DNA from: Thermodesulfobacteriota bacterium
GTDB taxonomy: Bacteria; Desulfobacterota; Desulfobaccia; Desulfobaccales; 0-14-0-80-60-11
Reading direction: 5' to 3'
Length of the DNA stretch: 64,000 nt
NCBI GenBank assembly: GCA_040757175.1
Contig: JBFLXM010000010.1
Location: 3,390-67,389 of the forward strand
Below are positions 47,155-56,789 of the stretch, one piece after another (position 1 is the first letter of the stretch; the number at the start of each line of letters is the position of its first letter). The notes beneath the pieces are model-generated. The model worked only from the letters and a program-made list of their open reading frames with translations, was not told the DNA's origin and did no database searches. A program made the translations under genes and the position numbers.

Positions 47155-49760
47155 CAAGCCCCTGCTGAGCCCAGACTTCCAGGCCAATTCTTGATGTAAA
47201 GGTCCCGCTGGGGAAAAGGAATTTCAATCCTCTCCCTTTGGAATGCCTCGAAGATGGCGCTGTTTAACTCATGGGTGGCGGCGTTCCTTTCTTTGGGTTC
47301 GGGAGATCCCAAAAACACCCGGATGGTGAAATTTAAGGCGCTATCGCCGTAAGCTTTAAAAAAAATAGCGGGAGCCGGCTCCCCCAGCACCCGGGGGTTG
47401 GCCCGGCACACTTCGGTAAGCACCCGGGTCACCTGGCGCACGTCCGCGCCGTAGGACACCCCCACCTCCAGGGTCAAACGCGTGGGCACCCGCCCGAAAT
47501 GCGTCCAGTTGACAATCTTGCCGGAGAGCAACTCCGAGTTGGGGATGATAAGCACGTAGCGGTCATAGGTCTGAAACACGGTGCTCCTGACCCGGATCTC
47601 CTTCACTTTCCCCCATTGGCCGTCAATGACCAGGATGTCCCCCACTTTGATGGGCCGCTCAAAGAGAAGGATCAGGCCGGAGATGAAATTATTGACGATG
47701 TTTTGCAGGCCGAAGCCGATGCCCACCCCCAAAGCCCCGGCGACCAGGGCCAGGTTGGTCAGGGGAAAACCCACCAGGTTCAGGGCCACCAGAACTGCCA
47801 GGACGATGATGGCGTAGTGCAGGCTGGTGGAGATGGTGTATTGGATGCCGCTGTCCCAGCCGGTGCGGGGATAGACCCGGAATTCCATCAAGCCCCGGGC
47901 CAGGCGGGAGAGCCAGACCCCCAGATAGAGGGCCAGGGCCGCAGCCCCGAGGCTCAAAGGGGTCAATCTCACCGGACCCAGTTCCGGCCCCCGGTTAAGC
48001 CACTGGAAGGCCCAAGCCATCCGGGTGAACTCCAGGCCCCAGACCTTCAGGATCAGCAGCAGGGCGGCCGCGGCCAGGAGCGCGGTGGTGCCGCTCCGGG
48101 TCAGGCCATGCAGCCGCTGGAGCATCTCCTCCCGTTGGGGATAACGCCGTCTGACCCACCCGGTCTCCGGGTGCAGCAGACAGTGCAAGAGCGCGTCCAG
48201 CCCCAGCCACAGCAGCCCCAGAATTAAAAGGCCCACGCCGCTGAAGGCCCCGGCTTGGGCCAGATAATCCGCCAGATTTTGGAACCCCAGCAGGTCGGAG
48301 AAGATGATGAGGGCCAATAACAGCAGCACCAGCCCCCGCAGGCCCCGGATTACCCCCGGACGCTTGAACCAGTCGGGCCCCGGCAGCTCCGGCAACAGCC
48401 TCTCCAGGTAATGGCGCCGCAGCAGCCACATGGCCCCTCCCAGCAGACCGAGGCGGAAGAGATGGCCCAAAAATTGGCGGCTGGCCGGGGGAAACCCCAA
48501 GAACTGGGCGCTGGTCAGCCCCCACACTCCTAAAAGCAGATAGAGCCAAAAAAGCTGCAAATAGCGTCGATAAAAGCGGGCGATGCCGTCCTCTAGAGGG
48601 AGAAGCCCCCCGGCCGTTTTCCCGGCAAAAGCCAGGCGCAGCCAGTGGCAGCCTAGTTGCAGAAGCCCCAGGGCCACCAACAGGTTCAGGAAGACGCGGC
48701 CGGCCGGATACCTTAATAACCCCAGGCTCCAGGCCGAAAGCCCCACCCACAGGATCGCCGCCAGCAGCAACAGATGGGCCCGGATTACCTGCCCCAGACT
48801 CAGGAGCGTCTGCAAAACCGGGGTCTGGGCCCGGCTCTGCCAGGCCGCCACCCTGGCGGCAGCCAGGCCGCCCACCCGGTGTAGGCCCCAGACCAGCAGG
48901 ATCAGCAGGGCCAGCAGGGCGATGAGGGGGGCCAGATGCTCCCGGACAAAGACGCCCAGGGCTCCGGAGGCCTGCAGTTGCTGGAGGCGGCTCCAAAGCC
49001 GGGGTGGCAGATCCCAGACGGTTTGCCACATCCGCTCCACCTGTTCCTTTAAAGGAGCCCCCTTCTGGCGCTTTAACAACTCGGCCTTCCAGGCCGCGTC
49101 CACATAGGGCTGCAGCTCAGCCTTCACTTCCGCAAGCAGCTTTTTTCCCGTTTCCAGGAGTTGTGATTCTTTCCCCAGGCTTTCCAGCAATTGTCCGGTT
49201 GCCTGCCGCTCCCCGTCGGCCGCGCGTTGGTAACGCTGGTAAGCCTGCCGCATCTCCCGGGAACGGGCCACCGCAGGCCCGGTGGTCTGCAGCCGGGTCA
49301 CTTCTGCCTGCAAGGCGGCCTGGGCCTCCTTCCGGGCCGCCTGGGCCTTTTCTAAGGCCTCGATTTCCTGGGCCACCGCCTGGAGACGGCTTCCCAGGCG
49401 CTCCTCTTGGAGGGTATAGTTCTTCAAGGTCTCTTCCGCCTCGCCCAGAGGGAGGCTCTTCATCGCTAAAGAAGCCTTGAGCGCGGCCAGGGCGGCTTGC
49501 CGTTCCTGGGCATCCTTCTCCGCCTGGGACCAGGTCTTGCTCGCCGCGGCCCCCCGGGATTTTAAGGCCACGACTTTCTTTTCCAGGGCCTCCGCGCCCT
49601 CGGCCAGCACCCGGGGCAAAACCTCCGGCGAAGCCGCAGGCGCGGTTATCTTTTCAGTAGCCTGGGGCTTCTCTTGGGCTGGAGCTGTTAACGGGCATCC
49701 CAGCAGCAGCCAGATGGTTAGAGCTGCTGTTAGCCCCAATCTAAAGCATAAGACAGGCAT
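47154..49760 (-). CDS. Large MscS-family mechanosensitive channel (MscK-like)
   Basis: GALGVGIGFGLQNIVNNFISGLILLFERPIKVGD, IPNS, IEIPFPQRD; AGGAGG SD before ATG 49760. Confidence 0.92.
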   Translation of the reverse strand: MPVLCFRLGLTAALTIWLLLGCPLTAPAQEKPQATEKITAPAASPEVLPRVLAEGAEALEKKVVALKSRGAAASKTWSQAEKDAQERQAALAALKASLAMKSLPLGEAEETLKNYTLQEERLGSRLQAVAQEIEALEKAQAARKEAQAALQAEVTRLQTTGPAVARSREMRQAYQRYQRAADGERQATGQLLESLGKESQLLETGKKLLAEVKAELQPYVDAAWKAELLKRQKGAPLKEQVERMWQTVWDLPPRLWSRLQQLQASGALGVFVREHLAPLIALLALLILLVWGLHRVGGLAAARVAAWQSRAQTPVLQTLLSLGQVIRAHLLLLAAILWVGLSAWSLGLLRYPAGRVFLNLLVALGLLQLGCHWLRLAFAGKTAGGLLPLEDGIARFYRRYLQLFWLYLLLGVWGLTSAQFLGFPPASRQFLGHLFRLGLLGGAMWLLRRHYLERLLPELPGPDWFKRPGVIRGLRGLVLLLLALIIFSDLLGFQNLADYLAQAGAFSGVGLLILGLLWLGLDALLHCLLHPETGWVRRRYPQREEMLQRLHGLTRSGTTALLAAAALLLILKVWGLEFTRMAWAFQWLNRGPELGPVRLTPLSLGAAALALYLGVWLSRLARGLMEFRVYPRTGWDSGIQYTISTSLHYAIIVLAVLVALNLVGFPLTNLALVAGALGVGIGFGLQNIVNNFISGLILLFERPIKVGDILVIDGQWGKVKEIRVRSTVFQTYDRYVLIIPNSELLSGKIVNWTHFGRVPTRLTLEVGVSYGADVRQVTRVLTEVCRANPRVLGEPAPAIFFKAYGDSALNFTIRVFLGSPEPKERNAATHELNSAIFEAFQRERIEIPFPQRDLYIKNWPGSLGSAGA

Positions 49761-49772
49761 ATAGCCTCCTGT

Positions 49773-50133
49773 TAAGTTCCAAGTTCCAGGTTCCAAGTTA
49801 AAGACAAGACTTCGGCGGCGACTTTAGTAATTAGGGATTCTCTCTGCGTCTCAGCGGCGAAAAGATAATGCACCGCAGAGACGCTGAGGACGCAGAGATA
49901 GCATTGCGCCGGGTTGGCAACCGTGGTTTAGATACTATGGGGATCTAAATAGATTGTCAATCAGGAGGCCTCGGTCCGATAACTTGGAACGTGAGACCTC
50001 TGGGAAAGTCTTATGTGGAACAGCCGCCCTCGGCTGTTCACCCTTCATTTAGTAGCAGGCGGGGGCGCCTGCTCCACATTTTGAATAAAAAAAGAGTAAT
50101 CGAGACTTTCGCAGAGGTCTCAACTTGGAACTT
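49773..50133. repeat. Inverted (AAGTTCC)n / (GGAACTT)n tracts bracketing the ABC-mscS spacer
   Basis: 49773-49799 versus 49981-49990 plus 50122-50133 (split by a MITE). Confidence 0.7.
49992..50122. mobile_element. MITE with GAGACCTCTG ends carrying a GTGG REP pair
   Basis: TGAGACCTCTGGGAAAGTCT ... AGACTTTCGCAGAGGTCTCA; internal GTGGAACAGCCG..CGGCTGTTC. Confidence 0.7.
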
Positions 50134-50138
50134 TATTC

Positions 50139-51437
50139 TTAAGCCGCGCCTGGCTCCAGAAAGAGGATCTGGCTGCTGTCATCGTAGGCCAGCAGTTCCG
50201 CGTACCGGCCCCAGTCGATGGCGGTGTCCAACTGGCGCTCCGCCTCTTCTTCGTGGAACTCCAGCTCCAGGGCCTTTTGCACCACGTCCCATTCCATCTG
50301 TTTCTTATCGCCGGCCCTAAGCATTCCCAGCAGCCATTTGAACAGCGGCAGGCGCCGGATGCGGGTGGCGAAGATCTCTTTGCGGGAACGGATGGAGGCT
50401 TCCGCGAAGGTCTCTCCCAGGGTGTTCAGGGTGATGTCGCCGTAGGCCACATTGGCAAAACCCAGAAGCTCCGCGGCCTCAATGAGGCGCAACAACTCAT
50501 CCGAATTTATCTGGAGCTCCTGGGCCAGGGCGTAAATGTCGGCCCGGTTATTGGGCATATTGTCCAGATGTTCCAGCAGCCCGGAGAGGTCGTCGATATT
50601 GATGTGGGGCAGGGCCCGGGTGCGGCCCGGCTCGCCGGGCGCGGTGCCCAACTCCAGGTGCTCCGGCAGGGTATGGCCGGCCAGAATGGCGTAGACCCTA
50701 TCCACCACCTCCAGGAACTGGGAATTCTTGCGCTGGCGGGGGTGGGGCAGGTCCACCTTGAGGTCCAGCATCACCCGGCCCGGGTCTTTTTCCATGACCA
50801 CGATGCGGTCCGCCATGAACACCGCTTCCTCAATGTTGTGGGTGACCATGAGGATGGCCCGGGTAGGTATCTTGCCGCTGGTCCACAACTCCAAAAGGTC
50901 ACCTCGCAGGGCCTCGGCGCTGAGAACGTCCAGGGCGGAAAAGGGCTCATCCAGGCAGAGGAGCTCCGGCTCCACGGCCATGGCCCGGGCAAAGCCCACT
51001 TTTTGGAGCATCCCCCCGGACAGTTCCCGGGGATAAGCGTTTTCAAAACCGTCCAGACCCACCCGATCCAACAGGTCCAGGGCCCGGGAGGTCCGGAGTT
51101 TGACCGGCGTCCCCCGGGCCTTGAGGGCCACTTCCACGTTTTCTTGCACCGTCAGCCAGGGAAACAGGGCAAAAGTCTGAAAGACAATGGTGGCGTAGGG
51201 ATTGACTCCCGCCAGAGGACGCCCCCGGTACATCACTTGCCCTGTGGTGGGCACCTGCAAGCCGGCAATGAGGCGCAGCAAGGTGCTCTTGCCGCAGCCG
51301 GTGGGCCCCAAAAGCGCCAGAAATTCCCCTTCGCTCATGGTCAGGCGGAAGTCTTTGATGGCGGTGAAGCTTTGTTCCCCGCTTTTGTAAACCTGGCTGA
51401 TATTGCGCAGCTCCAGCAAATAACCGTTGTCAGACAT
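50139..51437 (-). CDS. NitT/TauT-type ABC ATPase with a C-terminal extension
   Basis: GPTGCGKS, LSGGM, LDEPFSALD, VTHNIEE. Confidence 0.9.
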   Translation of the reverse strand: MSDNGYLLELRNISQVYKSGEQSFTAIKDFRLTMSEGEFLALLGPTGCGKSTLLRLIAGLQVPTTGQVMYRGRPLAGVNPYATIVFQTFALFPWLTVQENVEVALKARGTPVKLRTSRALDLLDRVGLDGFENAYPRELSGGMLQKVGFARAMAVEPELLCLDEPFSALDVLSAEALRGDLLELWTSGKIPTRAILMVTHNIEEAVFMADRIVVMEKDPGRVMLDLKVDLPHPRQRKNSQFLEVVDRVYAILAGHTLPEHLELGTAPGEPGRTRALPHINIDDLSGLLEHLDNMPNNRADIYALAQELQINSDELLRLIEAAELLGFANVAYGDITLNTLGETFAEASIRSRKEIFATRIRRLPLFKWLLGMLRAGDKKQMEWDVVQKALELEFHEEEAERQLDTAIDWGRYAELLAYDDSSQILFLEPGAA

Positions 51438-51440
51438 GGC

Positions 51441-53165
51441 TCATTCCATCCGGTAACGTTCCTCCGCCAACCGGTACAAACGGCGCCACAACAGCCGGTT
51501 GGTGGTGGACACGGCGAGGATCAAGGCCAGGGTCGCGGCCAGCAGCAAGGGATAATCCCCCGCCGCGGTAGCCTGGGAGATGATGGCGCCCACGCCGGTG
51601 GTATGCATGATTTTGCCGCCGAATTGGGTATATTCCGCGACGATGCTGGCGTTCCAGGCCCCCCCGCTGGCAGTGATGGACCCGGTGATCACAAAAGGAA
51701 AGATGGCCGGCAGGATCAGGGTGCGCCAGCGTTCCCACCGGCCCAATTGTAACAGATTGGTAGTATATTTTAAATCCTGGGGGATGGCGCTGGCCCCGGC
51801 AATGATATTGAACAGCAGGTACCATTGGGTGCCCAGGAGCATCAGGAGGACCGCAGCCAGGTTGAGACCCCCGGGAAGCCCCAGCACTATCAGCACCAAG
51901 GCCGGGAAGAGGGCGGTGGCCGGCACCGACGCGGTGATCTGCACCAGGGGTTGGAGCCACTTGGCCAGGCGGGGGTTGGTGCCGATGGCCACCCCCACGG
52001 GAATGGTCCAGGCCAGGGCGATGAGCAGGGCAATGAAGACCCGGATGAAGGTGGCCGCCAGACCGATAACAACGGTGCGCCATTGCCCCATAGACAGCCC
52101 CAATAGCATCTGTCCGGCTCGATACCCCTCGTACAGCAAAACCAGGACAACTATACTGCCCAAGACGTACCAGAGCCAATGGGGGCGGCTTTTTCCGGGG
52201 TGATCCGGACCTGGCGCGGCAAAGAGACGGGTCAGCCGTTCATCCAGGCGCTGCCCGGGAAGAAAGATGATGTGTCTGGTGAACCACGCAAAGACCCGGG
52301 AACTGCGCAAGGCGTTATAGAACCAGGAGGTGGGAGGATTCTCGCTTTCCACCAACTGGACCTTAAAGCGGTCGGACCAGGCCAGTAAAGGGCGCCATAC
52401 TAATTGGTCCAGCGCCACGATGGTCAGGATCAGAGCCCCCAGGCCCCAGGCCAGGGCCGTTAAATTCCCCCGGCTCGCGGCTTCCTGGAGATAGGCGCCT
52501 AAGCCCGGCAGCCGGAAATTTCGTTCTCCCGCGGCGAAAATCTCCGCGGCCATCAGGAAGAACCAGCCCCCGGCCCAACTGGCCACGCTGTTCCAGATGA
52601 GGGTGATGGCGGCAAAGGGGAGTTCCAGGGTCTTGAAGCGCAGCCAGGAGTTAAAGCCCAGAACAATGCTGGTCCGCTGCAGGTCCCGGGGAATGGTGGT
52701 GAGGGATTGATACCAGGCAAAAGTCAGGTTCCATACCTGGCTGGTAAAAATGAGAATAATGGAAGACAATTCCAGGGCCAGGCGCAGGGGCAGGATGGCC
52801 ACCAGGCTCAGCAAAACCACCGGCAGAAAGGACAGGATGGGCACGCTTTGGAGAATGTCCAGTAACGGTAACAGAATCTTTTCAGCAAGGCGGTGGTTGG
52901 CGGCCAGGGAACCGTAAACCAAAGAAAAGAGAAGGGACAAGACATAGGCCGCGGCCATACGGCGCAGAGAGAGGGTGACATAATAAGGCAAGACGCCGGG
53001 GGACAGGTCGATCTCCGGCCCCTGGATGACCGCGGGCGCGCCCAGGCCCAGGCGGATTCCCAGATAGAGGAGCACCCCCAAGCCGAAGAGCACCACCGCG
53101 TCGCCCCAGGCGGAGCGGCGCCAGCCCGGCAATTCGATCTTAAAGACCCGGAGCAAAGGGTTCAT
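51441..53165 (-). CDS. ABC permease with two transmembrane modules
   Basis: LDILQSVP, WAGGWFFLMAAE, GGAWNASIVAE. Confidence 0.9.
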   Translation of the reverse strand: MNPLLRVFKIELPGWRRSAWGDAVVLFGLGVLLYLGIRLGLGAPAVIQGPEIDLSPGVLPYYVTLSLRRMAAAYVLSLLFSLVYGSLAANHRLAEKILLPLLDILQSVPILSFLPVVLLSLVAILPLRLALELSSIILIFTSQVWNLTFAWYQSLTTIPRDLQRTSIVLGFNSWLRFKTLELPFAAITLIWNSVASWAGGWFFLMAAEIFAAGERNFRLPGLGAYLQEAASRGNLTALAWGLGALILTIVALDQLVWRPLLAWSDRFKVQLVESENPPTSWFYNALRSSRVFAWFTRHIIFLPGQRLDERLTRLFAAPGPDHPGKSRPHWLWYVLGSIVVLVLLYEGYRAGQMLLGLSMGQWRTVVIGLAATFIRVFIALLIALAWTIPVGVAIGTNPRLAKWLQPLVQITASVPATALFPALVLIVLGLPGGLNLAAVLLMLLGTQWYLLFNIIAGASAIPQDLKYTTNLLQLGRWERWRTLILPAIFPFVITGSITASGGAWNASIVAEYTQFGGKIMHTTGVGAIISQATAAGDYPLLLAATLALILAVSTTNRLLWRRLYRLAEERYRME

Positions 53166-53255
53166 GACTTGAATATCGTAGCATATATTTCCCGGAATAA
53201 TTAATTTTGGGAGATTTATGATATATTTTAACCATACATCCAGGCGAGGTAAGTT

Positions 53256-54467
53256 TTGCGCGCTTTATTGGCTTTAGAAGACGGTTTGGTGCTCCGGGCG
53301 CGGTCCTTCACCGGCCCCGGGGAGTGCGCCGGGGAGGTGGTCTTCAACACCGCCATGACCGGCTACCAGGAGATTCTCACCGATCCCTCCTACAAGGGGC
53401 AGATCGTCACCATGACCTATCCCCTGATGGGGAACTACGGGGTCAACCTTGAGGACCTGGAGTCCCGGGGCGTCCAGGTGGAAGGCTTCATCGTCAAGGA
53501 ATACCACCCCTACCCCTCCAACTGGCGGGCTAAAGGAAACCTATCCGACTACCTGAAGGCCAGCGGCCGCCTGGGGGTGGAGGGCCTGGACACCCGGGCC
53601 CTCACCAAGCGCCTCCGGGAAGTGGGGGCCATGCGGGGCATCGTCTCCACCGAAGACCTGGACCCCCAGCGCCTGGTGCGCCGGGTTAAGGAAGAAGTCC
53701 CGGACATGAACGGCCAGGACCTGGTGCCCCTGGTCACCTGTAAGGCCCCCTATTGGTGGGACGAAGGCGTTTTGCCGGAGGCCCCGGATTATTGCCTGAC
53801 CCCGCCCACCAAGAAAGACCTGGCTGGCGCCGGAGAGAATGTGGAACAGCCGCGCCCGGCTGTTCCCTTGGGGAATTTGGAAGCCCTGTGGAAGCAGCGC
53901 GCCGGCAGGAAAGTGGTGCTCTACGATTACGGAGTGAAGTTCAATATCATCCGCAGCCTCAAGGCCCGGGGCCTGGAGGTGCTGGTGGTGCCCGCGGCCA
54001 CCCCGGCCGCGGAGATTTTAAAACTCAACCCCGATGGCATCGTGCTTTCCAACGGCCCCGGCGACCCCGCCGCGGTCACCTATGCCATCGACAACGTGCG
54101 CCAATGCCTGGGCGCGGCGCCCCTCTTCGGCATCTGCCTGGGCCACCAGCTCCTGGGCCTGGCCCTGGGGGGCCGCACCTTTAAATTAAAATTCGGCCAC
54201 CGGGGTGCCAACCAGCCGGTGAAGAACCTCCTCTCCGGCCGGGTGGAGATCACCTCCCAGAACCACGGCTTTGCCGTGGACCTGGAATCCATCCCCGACC
54301 CGGAGGTGGAACTCACCCACTTCAACCTCAACGACAATACCCTGGAGGGCCTGCGCCACACGAAACTTAAGGCCTCCTCCGTCCAATACCACCCCGAGGC
54401 CTCCCCGGGCCCCCACGACGCGGATTATCTGTTTGATGAATTTTTGCAGGCGGTTGAGGGAGATTGA
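53256..54467 (+). CDS. carA: Carbamoyl-phosphate synthase small subunit
   Basis: [41 protein letters not shown]. Confidence 0.97.
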   Translation: MRALLALEDGLVLRARSFTGPGECAGEVVFNTAMTGYQEILTDPSYKGQIVTMTYPLMGNYGVNLEDLESRGVQVEGFIVKEYHPYPSNWRAKGNLSDYLKASGRLGVEGLDTRALTKRLREVGAMRGIVSTEDLDPQRLVRRVKEEVPDMNGQDLVPLVTCKAPYWWDEGVLPEAPDYCLTPPTKKDLAGAGENVEQPRPAVPLGNLEALWKQRAGRKVVLYDYGVKFNIIRSLKARGLEVLVVPAATPAAEILKLNPDGIVLSNGPGDPAAVTYAIDNVRQCLGAAPLFGICLGHQLLGLALGGRTFKLKFGHRGANQPVKNLLSGRVEITSQNHGFAVDLESIPDPEVELTHFNLNDNTLEGLRHTKLKASSVQYHPEASPGPHDADYLFDEFLQAVEGD

Positions 54468-54471
54468 GCTT

Positions 54472-54777
54472 ATGGCTACCAAAGCCCCCCTGGAAATACT
54501 ACGCCACCACCAAAAAGAATTACAAGAGGCAGGGGTTAAGTCCCTCAAACTCTTTGGCTCCGTGGTGCGGAGCGAGGCCCGCGCGGATAGCGACATCGAC
54601 ATATTGGTGGAGTTTTCCCGGCCTGTGGGCCTGCTGGCCTTTGTCCGCCTTAGAAATCGTTTGGCCGAATTGCTGGGACGGCATGTGGACTTAGTTACTG
54701 CCGAAGCCTTAAAACCGCAGCTACGTGATGGTATCCTGCATGAGGCCCAAAATGCCGGTCAGGGACTGGAAATTTAG
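54472..54777 (+). CDS. Minimal nucleotidyltransferase (MntA-like antitoxin)
   Basis: FGSVVRSEARADSDID (GS-x10-DxD), VDLVT. Confidence 0.88.
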   Translation: MATKAPLEILRHHQKELQEAGVKSLKLFGSVVRSEARADSDIDILVEFSRPVGLLAFVRLRNRLAELLGRHVDLVTAEALKPQLRDGILHEAQNAGQGLEI

Positions 54778-55090
54778 AATTACCGACATCCTTGAGGCAG
54801 CAGAAGATTCTCTAGAAATCACCCAGGGAATGGATTACGAAACTTTCTGCCAGGACAAAAAAACCCTGAAGGCCGTACTCTATAACTTGGCAGTTATTGG
54901 TGAAGCCGCGCGCAAATTGCCGGCAGAGGTCACGGCCAGGTATCCGGCGATCCCTTGGCGGGAAATGGGCGATATGCGCAATATCGTCATTCATGAATAT
55001 TTGGGCATTGACACGAAAATCCTCTGGGAGACCATCACGAACGAGATTCCGGCTATTGTTTCTGGGCTCAAAGATATCCTGGTTGATTAG
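54752..55090 (+). CDS. DUF86/HepT-like HEPN RNase toxin
   Basis: IGEA, IPW, RNIVIHEY (R-x4-H-x-Y). Confidence 0.88.
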   Translation: MPVRDWKFRITDILEAAEDSLEITQGMDYETFCQDKKTLKAVLYNLAVIGEAARKLPAEVTARYPAIPWREMGDMRNIVIHEYLGIDTKILWETITNEIPAIVSGLKDILVD

Positions 55091-55094
55091 GCCA

Positions 55095-55427
55095 AAAACT
55101 ATAAGCTTGTCCGCGCACTCCGTGCCCCTGGGCCTGGCCCTCTTCACGGAAGAAGGCTGGCCGCAGGAATATTGCCATAATCTCCTGGTGGCCTATCACG
55201 GCTCCTGGAACCGTAGCGTGCCCACGGGCTACAAGGTGGTGCGTATAAAACTGGATGAGAGGGGCAATTACCTGGGCATGGAAGACTTCATCCCCGGCTG
55301 GATCATACCTTCCGAGGCCCTGGGCCAGCCGGTGGATATCTTGATAAAAAATGATGGAGTGATGTATATTTCAGATGATAAGACGGGAGTTGTTTCTCGG
55401 GTTACTTATAATCAAGGTGGTAGCTAA
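55095..55427 (+). pseudogene. C-terminal fragment of a PQQ-dependent sugar/sorbosone dehydrogenase
   Basis: AHSVPLGL, HGSWNRS.P.GYKVV, PVD...DG..YISDD; no start codon or N-terminal part. Confidence 0.75.
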
Positions 55428-55852
55428 TGGATAACGATATTCCTAAGTATTTTGACTCGTTAATGAAATTATACATCCACCAGAACGATCTGATGTGGAG
55501 TAGAACAAAGACACTGTTAGCCATCGAATCAGCCGCTTTATATGTTGGCTATGGACTGAAGACGGTTTTGGCGGGTCCTTTATTTATTTTGTTTGGTAGC
55601 ATATTTTTGGCGAGTATTCTGGTAATCTACCATCGAGATAAAAAATATCGGGATGTCATATGTGACTTATTAATTGAGACCGGTGGTCCTTTTTTTACCG
55701 AAGCTAGACCAAAACTCCATAAAACTTTTGGATTTTTAACAGGAGTAAGAATATTTTATGGGATATCTTGTTTTATGATTATGGTCAATTTGGCCTTATT
55801 ATTTTATTTCCTAATTAATATACTACAAAGTGGTAATATTAATTTTTTATAG
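55427..55852 (+). CDS. Hypothetical small membrane protein, AT-rich
   Basis: 141 aa, about 3 TM segments. Confidence 0.65.
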   Translation: MDNDIPKYFDSLMKLYIHQNDLMWSRTKTLLAIESAALYVGYGLKTVLAGPLFILFGSIFLASILVIYHRDKKYRDVICDLLIETGGPFFTEARPKLHKTFGFLTGVRIFYGISCFMIMVNLALLFYFLINILQSGNINFL

Positions 55853-55868
55853 CATCCAGAAGGTCATA

Positions 55869-56660
55869 ATGAAAACTACATACTCTTATGAGCTCGAGAT
55901 AGCACTAAAAGCTATTAATCGCGCATCTGAAAAAACCAAGGAATTATTCCGAAGAGGTCTCGCTGTAAGTCAAAAACCGGGATTCGAATCTCAGCAAGTG
56001 GTATCCGAAGCCGATTTTGCCTCAGAGACAATATTGCGGGAGATATTGGCAACCAGCTTTCCTGGCTATGGAATTCTCAGCGAAGAGATGGAAATTGAAA
56101 ACATCGGGGCTGAAAAAATTTGGATTTTGGACCCCCTATGCGGCAGTTTATTTTATGGAAGAGGCTTGAGCCAATGGTCTATTTCTATTGCTTTATTATG
56201 TAACGACGACATAACATTATCTATTATCAGCAATCCTTTTTATGGGGAAATATTTTGGGCGCAGAAAAATAAGGGCGCGTACCTGAACAACGAAATGATC
56301 AAAGTTTCGAGAACAGCATCAATTGAAGAAAGTATAATCTCCGTAGGCCACAGGGATCTCAGGTTAGATGCCTATAGAGAGAAAACCGAGGTTCTTGTCA
56401 AAAAAACTAAAAGGCTGATAACCATGGATAACCATTGGGCTTTAACCCAATTGGCCGCAGGACGAATTGATGCAGTTATTCGGGCAGAACAACCTTCTTA
56501 CGAAATCGCCGCGGGTGCTTTATTAATCTCGGAAGCTGGGGGGGCTTTCACATATTTTAATGGTAGAGAGATTTCCTTGGAACGTAGCAAAAAAAGAAGC
56601 ATCAATTATCTGGCGTCTAACGGCTTACTCCATTCCGCCTTGCTGGCTATTCTTGAATAA
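55869..56660 (+). CDS. Inositol monophosphatase-family protein with non-canonical metal ligands
   Basis: SEAD, ILSEE, WILDPLCGS, YEIAAG.LLI.EAGG, ASNG. Confidence 0.85.
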   Translation: MKTTYSYELEIALKAINRASEKTKELFRRGLAVSQKPGFESQQVVSEADFASETILREILATSFPGYGILSEEMEIENIGAEKIWILDPLCGSLFYGRGLSQWSISIALLCNDDITLSIISNPFYGEIFWAQKNKGAYLNNEMIKVSRTASIEESIISVGHRDLRLDAYREKTEVLVKKTKRLITMDNHWALTQLAAGRIDAVIRAEQPSYEIAAGALLISEAGGAFTYFNGREISLERSKKRSINYLASNGLLHSALLAILE

Positions 56661-56666
56661 GTTTCT

Positions 56667-56740
56667 GTAGGGTGGGCACGGCCCACCATTTATCACCTTC
56701 GCATCCCGGCAAGCTTGATGGTGGGCCATGCCCACCTTAC
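56667..56740. repeat. GTAG REP pair
   Basis: GTAGGGTGGGCACGGCCCACC ... GGTGGGCCATGCCCACCTTAC. Confidence 0.8.
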
Positions 56741-56789
56741 ATAAAACGTCAAAATAGCCCCGTCTCCCCAAATTGAGGAGGGCAGCAAA

